Shown here: positions 12,111 to 22,054 of the stretch, piece by piece
Layout of the letters: every line of letters begins with the position of its first letter
Numbering within the stretch: the first letter of the stretch is position 1
NCBI GenBank assembly: GCA_002269645.1
Contig: NIVC01002279.1
Span: 62,001-126,000 of the forward strand
Source: Macrostomum lignano
Lineage: Eukaryota
DNA length: 64,000 bases
Direction of reading: 5' to 3'
Program-made: the position numbers and the translations under genes
Notes under the pieces: model-generated
Told to the model about the DNA's origin: nothing
Databases searched by the model: none
What the model saw: the letters and a program-made list of their open reading frames with translations, nothing else

Positions 12111-15100
12111 ATGTCTGAAAGTGTAAGGCTTTTATTGCCTTCCATTCTTTTAGCTGTTTTGCTTCTTTTTAAGGATATATCCATTCCTTTAAATGTTGAA
12201 ACAAATACTCATGAAAAGTCAATGATGCCCGAGGAAAAATCATTGCCAAAGCCTAAGCTTTCAATTCCAACATTAAAGGTTCTTTATTGGTAAGTAGGCG
12301 TAGTCTATAACTATAGTCAATTGTCTTGTTTAATTATTATTTTGCCATAATTATTTTTGGGCAATCTTCTAGTTTTGCACATTTAATTCAAACTGTTTTT
12401 AAAATGACAGTTAACAACAGTTTTGTTTTATGTTTTATGCCTCAGACGGCATAATAGTGCGCCACCCAGAAAAGGATGTTCCCAAAGGTGTTGCGTGGGT
12501 GGCAGCGTCGCCAGAGAAATTCCTCCAAATGGGTGTCGAACAGGGCCTTGGATATGCCATGCATGGCCCTAAAACGGGCCTTAGCGTGGGCCCATGTGCC
12601 CTCCACTGTGTTCGTGTGGACTTCTGGGTGGTTAGGGTCCACAAAGTTTAGCTAGTGGTTCACTGTCAAATGATTGGGCACATGGCGCCTAGCCATGATT
12701 ATTTTGCTAAAAGTAATTAAAAATGCTTTAAAATAATTAAACGTGCAAAACTAGAAGATTGCCATTTTTTGTATTAACCAAAACCTTAAGTTGTTAAGAG
12801 CAATTTTTTTCAAATAAATCAATTGCAATTTTTTTTTATATATTTAATTCTAAAGGTTTTTAAGTTTTAAACTTGCTTTGGGTCTTGACTTAAAAAGTAA
12901 TAATTCCTACCTGTCTTTTAAAATTTGTTATTGTTAGGCCTAAATAGTTTTTTTAATATATAATAAAATTCTAATTTGCTATGATTAAGGGCTAGACAAG
13001 TATGCAACTCATCAAGTTTTAAGTCAAACTACTTGGGTACCCAGTAAAATGCGGAATCCGCAACGGAATCGGAATGGAATAGTACGGTAAAACGCAGAAT
13101 CCGCAACGGAATGGTAAACTGCGGAACGAAGTGTGGATTCCGCATATTAAAGTAAAACGCGGAATGTGAAAATGAAAAAAGTAAAATGCGGAATGAAAAC
13201 TAACTGAATTATACTTTTATTCATCACCTTATATTTAAAAAACATCTGAAATTTATGTACATTTTTGCTGAACAAATTGTTTTTCATTGTCACTATGACA
13301 CTCAAATCAAATCTGTTGATCTTCCCTTAGCAAAATCCTCAGCAGAATGGTTAAGATACAGTAATTTTCGGAATGAAGATAGAGCTTTGGCAACTTATTT
13401 AAGGTAAATTCATACTCTGGAAGCGAAAGTGCATACTACGTACAATTTTTATATTTAATGTATTTTATTTCAAAAGTGCCCGCTGACATGTGGCGAGAAG
13501 TCATCCTACATCCTATTGCTGTCAAAAAAAATCGTAGCATTAAATGTGCATTTCTAAAAAAAAAATTATATCCAAAACTTTAGGACAAGATAGATTTTAG
13601 CGAAGCTAAAATTACGATTTGCAAGACACTTTTACATTTTTAGTGTCAAGAAAGGCAATAAATAGTACAAGGAAGCATGGAAAGTCAGATCAGTCAGATC
13701 AGTATGGAAGGTCAGTACCCTCTGGGAAAATCGCCGGCGAATCGCAAGCGAATTGTCAGCGAGACAGCAAAGTAGTGGCGACATTTTTTTTTCTTCATTT
13801 CCCATATAGAACGTTTCAAAAAGCTGTGTTTGTCTGGAACTTTTCTTCCTGCAGCATAAAACATAGTTTTTCCACCTCGGTCGCATTGGCAAATCGTCAG
13901 CGGAACACTAGCGAAGTTTCGCCAGCGACTTTTCGCCAGCGACGGGACAGCAAATCGCTAACAAATAAGTGCTTGATTATTTATTATTGGGGCTCTATTT
14001 TGCTAGTAAATATAAGAAAATGTATAAAATTATTTGATTTCTCACTTGCATAACAATCCCTTCATTCTATTCTATCGAATTAACCACTGCTTGGGGGTAT
14101 GAATCAGATAAATCATATATAGTGACTTCTCTAGGCAATAGAAAGTTAGGTATAACGAGTGGAACTCCTCCACTGAAGGACAAACCCAAGAAATTCGACT
14201 CCCCGAATTGTAATGTTGATGCAGTGTTTGAATCGCGAAGTCAAGTCATAGTATGGAAATTATCAATCTGGGCATATGTTTATATTTATAGTTGCACATC
14301 GGGTTCCGGAGTAACTATTACAAAAATGGGCATTGTTTTTATCGCAACCTTTTTGTTAACTTTATTAATCTATGCCTGCAAATAGTGCTTACTTCTAAGG
14401 ACACAAATCAACTGCTGGGCTGTTGTTTTGGGTCATAGTCACATAGAGGCTCTACCCGCACACCCGTAAAGCAGGTTGTTGTCGCCTGTAAACCCTCTTC
14501 GGAACTTAATCTCGTGGGCTTTGTCCACAGAAAAGTTAATGCATAGATTCAATCAAACAGTACATTTAGAAAATTAGCTGTTAATAGTTGGTCGCATCAA
14601 AAAGGATGTCCAGGAAAGGGTTTTGCTTGTACGTTAGGTTCCCTTGTAGCACATTTTGGCACTTGGAAATCAGGCCAGGTCCATGCATAAGCACTTTTTA
14701 ATATCATGATATATTGTGATAAACTGGCGCGGAAGCCTAGCACAAGTGAGCATCATGGTAACACTTCCGAATGCATTTGCAAGATAGGCAAATGGAATAT
14801 TTAAACCTTTCTTGCAAAGAAATTTATTTCTGTATTTTTAGCGGATACTTATTTCCGAAAACTGCACAATATGTTGTTAATATACATTCCGATGATAGAA
14901 ACTTTATTTGACACTACTAAAAATCAGCTTCTAAATAAATTAAGCTATATATACATGTAGCTAGATAGCTATTTGTAGTCTTTAGTACATGTTGATGTTG
15001 ATGAATAAAAGTATGATTCAGTTAGTTTTCATTCCGCATTTTACTTTTTTCATTTTCGCATTCCGCATTTTACTTTAATATGCAGAATCCGCACTTCGTT

Positions 15101-18100
15101 CCGCAGTTTACCATTCCGCTGCGGATTCTGCGTTTTACCGTACTATTCCATTCCGATTCTGTTGCGGATTCCGCATTTTACCGGGTACCAACTACTTGAG
15201 GCTTTTTGGTTTGTAAAAAATTCAAACTTTGCCAAATAGGCCTAAGGGGGGGCCATAGCCCAGCGATAGGCCTAGCGCAGCTGCTCTGGTGTGCCAGCAA
15301 CCCAGGCTCAATTCCAAGTGCAGTCACATTAATTTGGGGCTGAATTGGAATCTCGGCTTGGCTCTGCTTGTGCAATTTATAGCCTTGAAAGCCAACCTCC
15401 CAAGGTGCAGTGAAGTGTACATGCCTAATGATAAAATAAAGTTAGGGCCGCTGCACACTCCTATGTGAGTGTGTGCCTATGCATATGACTGCGTATGTAT
15501 CCGCGCGCTTGTATGCCTGCTCAAGGGAGTTGACAGAATGGGTAGTAATGCTTCTTGCCAGTTGTGTGCCTATGTCCCTTAAAGTGTGTTAGGGTGCACA
15601 TACCCCCCCTGCCTCTAATAAAAAAATGTTTTTAGGCTTAAGTTAGAAAAAGTATAAGCAGTTGTTGCATTTTACATTCTAGTGTCTATTGTAAAATTGC
15701 AAATCTGCAAATATAATAGAATTATTTCTGGAACAAGCTCCCACTCAATAAAAATTTTATCTAGAATGCTTATCTTTTTTAAACCTGAGAAGTGACGAAA
15801 AGTATAAAATATTATTGGCTCTATCAATTTTCTTTCACCAATTTTTAGCTCATTGTAACATTTTTTCAATAATAACAGGGAAATAAAGAGTAATGTGTTG
15901 ACTCTAATTGGGAAAATGAAGGTTGCTCTTTGCTATTAATGTTGGGGTCATTTCTATCTTCTAGAATACTTCCACTAATGCCATCAAAAGCTGTCCTAAG
16001 GCCAATTTCTATTTTCTAACATGCTTGGATGCAGTAGCGCAACCAGAAATTTTTCAAGGGGGGGCGGATTCTGAGGGTAAAGTCCCGGGAGGGGGGGCGG
16101 CGGAGGGGTGGCTCTGTTTTTGGCAAAAATTCGCTTGGTCCCCCCTTTGATTTTTTTTCAGGCCCCCGCCTAAGGGGGGGCGACTGCCCCCCCTGCCCCC
16201 CCCTGGTTGCGCCACTGCTTGGATACAACCTTAGGATTTACTTGGCCGTTTCTATTGGCAACATGCACATCATGTAAGTTGCTATTAGATGGAATAGTAG
16301 TCACGTGACTGCTCTCAGCCAATAGTGACTTACATGTATAGGTTGCCAATAGAAACAGCCAGGTGATTCCCAAGGTTGCGCATGTATGTCTTCTAAGATG
16401 ATCTTGTTGCTGTTACCAAAGTTGTCAAAAGACTAAACTTTTTTCTTTAAATATTATTTGCTTCTATCAAAGGTTGCTCTATTAGTTTATAATGCTTTTG
16501 GGTATCTGAGAAGAATATGTGCAAATTTTTATTGTCTTCTAAGTGAAGCTTCAACAATTGGTGAAATTTTTTAAAATTTATCATTGAGTCATTATAAGGT
16601 GTCTGCCCATAAACTTTATTGTTAAAATGATCAGATCAAGAGCTTCTTGATTGACTTGATGATTGGCTTGAACTTGCTTGCTTAGCTAGGCTATCATGGA
16701 TTCTCCCTTGCTATACTATAATCATTTTTGAATATATTCTCAATGGCTTACTGACACTACGCTTTTTGAACACTATTTACACTTTTTGCCAGATTGACTT
16801 GAGACTCTTTTGTTAAGGCCACCCCACTCCTTTTGTCAGTGGCTAAGCCACCTTGAGCTAGCACCTAAATTGTATAGGTCAATATATGATGTATATTAGG
16901 ATTGGGCTAGGGAAGAAGCTGAATTAGAGCAACTTAAAAAAGGACAAGGGCAATGGTAGGGTTAAAGAAAAGAGAAGGTAGGAGATTATTGCAATGCAAT
17001 GTCACAATTGCTATGGGATTCATTTCATTAGCTTCTTAGTAAAATAAGGGCTTCTAAGTTATTGCTAATAGTTGATTCATTGCACCTAAGCTTGATAATG
17101 ATATTGCATATGAGTTAGTTAGGCTAGCTATAATTAGGTCATTGTTTAGTCATCTATAATGAGTAAATAGCCATTGTATTTATTGTTAAAATGGTATTTG
17201 TTGCTGTTCTTAAATCATTTAAACAAAAATGAATGGTTTTATTGCTTATATAACTTTGTCTAGATACCTTGGAAATGCACCAAGTAGCAGTTATGTTCAA
17301 GGTACCAAACTTATAATAAAAAAGTAAAAAAGAATACTGATTTGATTTGAATTTTAGTTAGTTTATATTTGTATCTAAAATTTGGCAATCAAGTTTGAGA
17401 ACATAAAAGGGCTAGCATCTTTTATGTCTAACTCCAAGTATGCCCAACTGCTAGCTGCTAACTTAGCTTTCCATGTTAGGGCAAATCTGAAGAACACAGT
17501 TTTTCTATACCTATAATTATGTTAAAATCTAATAATAAAAATGTTAATTCAAAATGCATTAATTGGCAAAGCTGCCAAAGCTGCCCTGATATTGACACAT
17601 TAAATTATATATGTAAAATTGTTATATATGTTATATGAACCAAAAGTAGATAGCTGGTTTTGCTAAGTATTATGTCTGAGTGGCCCATCTAGTTATTTTA
17701 GTATATTAGAATGACTAGATGGGCCACTTAGGCATATTTACTTAGTGAAACAGCTTTCTACTGTCAGTTCAGTAGCAATGAGGAATACATAAGCTATTCA
17801 TGAAAATAAAGGCAGCTGAAATTACTTTGATAAGTTTAGAAGCCCAAGCTTGCAGGCGTAAACAACTTGCTAATTGGTTCAGCAATAATGTACATCAGCC
17901 AGTCCACTGAAATGTACAGGCAACTTTAGGCTGGAATTCCAAGAAAGGCAATAAAAATTGGGTTGATGCAGGGCCAGGGGTAGTCTGAAAAGGCGCGGTT
18001 GGAGAGTTCAAGCTGTTATAAATGAGCCTTGTCTTGTAAACTGCATTAAAATGCTTCAGTTTAGCTTACTACTGAACTGAAAGTAGTTTGCACGCAAATG

Positions 18101-19150
18101 TGCTGAGTGGCCCATCTAGTTACTCTAGTGTCTGTGGTCACAGGTAATAAATATATTTTTTATAGCAATGCTAAATGCTTTTAATGCCAGCACTGAATTC
18201 ATCCCATTAACAGTTACTCCTGAGGCTACCGCCGGGTGTTTGAGGAATTCTCCCAAGCTCTGTCGCAGAAGTATCCAGCTCTGCAGATAGAAGGGGATAA
18301 TTATCCTCCACCCGCATGGCGACAACTATTGTGTACCGTACTATCGTGGACTAAGCTCGGTTTAATTATGGCCATAGTCATGGGCGTCGATCCGTTTCCA
18401 TATTTGGGCCTGCAAACGCCGCAGATGTATCAGTGGGCCAGTCAGAACCGCATGTACGCCTGCATGATGCTGTTCTTTATCTCCAATGTTGTTGAGGGCC
18501 AGCTCATCTCTACTGGCGCATTCGAGGTTACATTTAACGGTGAGTGAGGGAAGGGGCTCAGGGGGGGGGGTAGACTTGCCTAGACCTGAAGCTGAAGAGT
18601 ATTAAAATCATCAAAGCCTGAAGGAACCGAGGTTAGAACCAATTAGTTAAGAGGCAGTGGGCTGTGTGCATTCCAGCGCACTTGACTCCCCTGAGCAGGC
18701 ACACACTCACACAGGAGTGTACAGCGGCCCTAACTTTAATTATCGTTAGACTGTTAGACATGTACACTTTACTGTGCCTTGGGGGTTGGTGTTAATTGCA
18801 CGAGCAGAGCCAAGCCAAGATTCCAATTCAGCCCCAAATTAAAGTGACTGCACTTGGAATCGAGCCTGGGCCGCTGGCACACCAGAGCACCACGCCAGAC
18901 CACTGGGCTACGGCTGCCCGTTTAGGCCTGAAGTATTTCACTTTTGGACCCTGATGCAGACAGTATTAAGAAGCCAGAATAGGAATCGCCTCATCCCAAC
19001 TGAACTCTACACTTCCCCTGTTCTCTTCAAGGCATGTCCGTTTGGTCCAAGCTTCAGAACGGCCGCGTGCCGTCCATCGGTGAACTGATGGGCATCATCG
19101 ATAGCCACATGATGTCAGTGAACACCGCGACCGATCCGCCACAGCTTTAG
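12111..19150 (+). CDS. SELENOT: Selenoprotein T (thioredoxin-like, CxxU), 207 aa
   Basis: Exons 12111-12289 (signal peptide ...IPTLKVLY-TG|GTAAGT), 18214-18539 (T TAC TCC TGA GGC TAC CGC CGG GTG = C-Y-S-U-GYRRVFEEF...YACMMLFFISNVVEGQLISTGAFEVTFN) and 19032-19150 (GMSVWSKLQNGRVPS...PQL*). 624 nt, phases 2 and 1 consistent. UGA at 18221-18223 read as Sec; matches the SelT family pattern CxSUGYRRVF. Confidence 0.95.
12360..12763 (-). mobile_element. Non-autonomous Merlin (IS1595/ISXO2-like) element retaining the transposase C-terminus
   Basis: 29-bp TIRs GGCAATCTTCTAGTTTTGCAC(A/G)TTTAATT at 12360-12388 and 12735-12763, one mismatch. Flanks ATTTTTG and ATTTTTTG (8-bp TSD with one-T slippage). 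Minus strand encodes HLTVNH*LNFVDP..HTNTVEGTWAHAK..EFLWRR (12442-12672), typical of DDE_Tnp_IS1595. Confidence 0.85.
13036..15189. mobile_element. Non-autonomous Mutator-like element (MULE) with about 191-bp TIRs
   Basis: Perfect 9-bp TSD AACTACTTG (13027-13035, 15190-15198). TIRs 13036-13226 and 14999-15189, G...C termini, built of (AT)GCGGAAT motifs. No transposase ORF recognised inside. Confidence 0.9.
15250..15605 (+). mobile_element. tRNA-derived SINE, copy A
   Basis: A-box-like TAGCCCAGCGA (15256-15266) and B-box-like GGCTCAATTCC (15305-15315), then a body shared with copies at 18655-18915, 32115-32315 and 56105-56462. Confidence 0.75.
16032..16217. mobile_element. hAT-type MITE, 186 bp
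   Basis: 15-bp TIRs CAGTAGCGCAACCAG / CTGGTTGCGCCACTG (one mismatch). 8-bp TSD CTTGGATG / CTTGGATA (one mismatch). Confidence 0.85.
17714..18120. mobile_element. MITE-like element with ACTAGATGGGCCACT termini
   Basis: Inverted ends at 17714-17739 and 18096-18120; a third end lies head-to-head at about 17679-17693. No TSD identified. Confidence 0.5.
18655..18915 (-). mobile_element. tRNA-derived SINE, copy B (internally deleted), in SelT intron 2
   Basis: Minus strand reads GTAGCCCAGTGG...GGCTCGATTCC (A and B boxes) followed by the shared body; lacks about 90 bp present in copies A and D. Confidence 0.75.
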
Positions 19151-19457
19151 TGTGCCAGGCTGGCTTGCTTAAGCATTATTTTTACTCTCTAATGTATTAA
19201 TTCAGTTTTATTTTATTGTACATCGTATATTTTTATTTCAAGTTTTCAATTAACTTGCTATTATTGGTCCCGATTAAAATTAATTGTCTCATGTCCCAAA
19301 TTTACAAGCTCGAATTTTCACATCATCAAATTCGTATTAGATTGTGTCCTAGCGGTATTGACTGGCGAGAGTTTTCGATGGTATGAAATTTTTTGAGCTG
19401 ATGAAACGCCCTTAAAAACCTCTATGAATCTGATTGGCTGACAATTTTTATTTACAG

Positions 19458-20093
19458 CAGGGGTCGCAAAACTTTTTATCCCAAGGGTTAGATAGAGCCT
19501 AGCGTATGATTGTAGGCTAGAGGAGGGGCGAGAGAGGAGAGGAGAGAGAAGAGAGATAGGAGACGTGAGAGACGAGGGAATAGATGAAATAGGAGAGAGG
19601 AGATTCGAAAAGGCAGCTGAGAAGAGACAAACTCTGAGCAGGTCGGATTGCTATTGTGAAGTCTCAAACAACTCGAGGGCCGTATAGAGAGGATAAAACA
19701 GGAGAAAGGAGATATGAGAGACCAGAGACCAGAGCGAAAAGAGGAGAAGAGAGAGAAAAGAATAGAGGGGAGAGGGAAGAGACGAGAGAAGAGACGAGAG
19801 AGAGAAGTGAGAAAACAGAAAAGAAGATGGAAGTTTCAAAGGATGCAAAAGACATAGGGAGAGGCAGAGGTACGTAGAGGCCAGAGTTTGCCTGACATTC
19901 TGCGCAGCACCCCAGCCAACAATATCAATGTTTGCCTCAAATCCTAATTTTACATGAATGTACACTATTTTATGTTTAACTCTATCCTAACTATTAACAA
20001 GGGAACAAGTTTTTGTTTGAGTTTTACCTCAGATTTTAGAATACATGCAAAAATAATTCCGGGGAATGGAGTTCCCCGGGTTCAAAATCCGCG
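19458..20093 (+). mobile_element. Dispersed repeat with GA-rich core and hAT-like left end (CAGGGGTCGCAAAC), copy 1
   Basis: About 19740-20093 is the reverse complement of about 62337-62720. No right TIR or TSD found, so probably truncated. Confidence 0.7.
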
Positions 20094-20402
20094 TCCCATT
20101 ATAGCAAGACAATTATAGAGAGGCTTGGCGGGCTGGAGATTTAGACTTGCTGTAACTTGCTGTAACTCTATCCTGTCTACGTATTTTAACCTTTAAAAAA
20201 TCGAATTCTTAACCTAATACGATGCGTTAAACATGTATGTACTTGTATCTTATGGCGAATTGATTTTTTGAATCGCACAACTTACACTACTACGACTAGC
20301 GTGTAATAACACGAGTAATAACTTACCTCGACCTTGACATAATTCTTACGCCTTCAGTTATTAATGCATTCTCAATGCCTCAATTATTATTGGCTTGCGT
20401 AT

Positions 20403-20463
20403 ATGACGCCCTTCTATCGAAGCCCTAAACTCCGTTAAATTACCGGAGCGGGTGTTGGGCCGA
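20403..20463 (+). promoter_or_regulatory. Candidate SECIS element (form II) for SelT
   Basis: AUGAC (20403-20407), GCCC...GCCCU, apical AAA (20427-20429), mini-stem CUCCG/CGGAG, GGGU-GUU-GGGC, CGAU (20460-20463). Helix II carries an extra 7 nt on the 5' arm. Folded by eye only. Confidence 0.7.
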
Positions 20464-20648
20464 TCTCGTTGCTGCAATTGTGCGCAACAATCTGCATGCC
20501 AATGCAATATGCGAGCAGTTAAATTTGAGAAAGCTGACTAAATATAAATCTCTTTATCTACAACAACTGTGAGAACCGACTCTTTGCGTTGCTACTTTAT
20601 ATGCTGAATTGATACAGTAGGCCTCTTTAACTAGCACATTTGTAATCG

Positions 20649-21906
20649 CATCTATCCATGGGCTGAGTAAGCTATCCTTCTGATCTATCCATGGGCTGGG
20701 TAAGCTATCCTACTGATCTATCCATGGGCTGGGTAAGCTATCCTACTGATCTATCCATGGACTGGGTAAGCTATCCTACTGATCTATCCATGGGCTGAGT
20801 AAGCTATCCTACTGATCTATCCATGGGCTGAGTAAGCTATCCTACTGATCTATCCATGGGCTGGGTAAGCTATCCTACTGATCTATCCATGGGCTGAGTA
20901 AGCTATCCTACTGATCTATCCATGGGCTGAGTAAGCTATCCTACTGATCTATCCATGGGCTGAGTAAGCTATCCTACTGATCTATCCATGGGCTGGGTAA
21001 GCTATCCTACTGATCTATCCATGGGCTGAGTAAGCTATCCTACTGATCTATCCATGGGCTGAGTAAGCTATCCTACTGATCTATCCATGGGCTGGGTAAG
21101 CTATCCTACTGATCTATCCATGGGCTGGGTAAGCTGGTACTGATCTATCCATGGGCTGGGTAAGCTATCCTACTGATCTATCCATGGGCTGAGTAAGCTA
21201 TCCTACTGATCTATCCATGGGCTGAGTAAGCTATCCTACTGATCTATCCATGGGCTGGGTAAGCTATCCTACTGATCTATCCATGGGCTGGGTAAGCTAT
21301 CCTACTGATCTATCCATGGGCTGGGTAAGCTATCCTACTGATCTATCCATGGGCTGGGTAAGCTATCCTACTGATCTATCCATGGGCTGGGTAAGCTATC
21401 CTACTGATCTATCCATGGGCTGAGTAAGCTATCCTACTGATCTATCCATGGGCTGAGTAAGCTATCCTACTGATCTATCCATGGGCTGGGTAAGCTATCC
21501 TACTGATCTATCCATGGGCTGGGTAAAGCTATCCTACTGATCTATCCATGGGCTGAGTAAGCTATCCTACTGATCTATCCATGGACTGGGTAAGCTATCC
21601 TACTGATCTATCCATGGGCTGGGTAAGCTATCCTACTGATCTATCCATGGGCTGGGTAAGCTATCCTACTGATCTATCCATGGGCTGGGTAAGCTATCCT
21701 ACTGATCTATCCATGGCTGGGTAAGCTATCCTACTGATCTATCCATGGGCTGGGTAAGCTATCCTACTGATCTATCCATGGGCTGAGTAAGCTATCCTAC
21801 TGATCTATCCATGGGCTGGGTAAGCTGGTACTGATCTATCCATGGGCTGAGTAAGCTATCCTACTGATCTATCCATGGGCTGGGTAAGCTATCCTACTGA
21901 TCTATT
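20649..21906. repeat. 33-bp minisatellite TGATCTATCCATGGGCTG(A/G)GTAAGCTATCCTAC, about 38 copies
   Basis: Near-identical tandem units, no spacers. Confidence 0.97.
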
Positions 21907-22054
21907 GACTTAGATATTCTTTTTTGTGACCAACAATGTACTGTAATCTCTATATTACTTTCGAGGCAAAATGTTTCGTTAATTTCGTTATAGAGTTTAT
22001 GCAAAATAGAACTGCCTAATTTCATGCATCCCCTAATAGAAAGTCAATCCTAAA

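Noticed and set aside
12442-12672. Bacterial IS1595 insertion or horizontal transfer
   Set aside because: Eukaryotic Merlin elements explain it; there is no other bacterial signal.
15250-15330. Functional tRNA genes at the SINE heads
   Set aside because: No complete cloverleaf or oligo-T terminator; each runs into the shared SINE body.
19380-19470. AUGA...AA...GA patterns close to the SelT stop
   Set aside because: Helix II cannot be paired in any register I tried.
20649-21906. CRISPR-like appearance of the 33-37-bp arrays (also 35172-36643 and 60030-60455)
   Set aside because: Units are contiguous with no unique spacers, there are no cas genes, and the context is eukaryotic.
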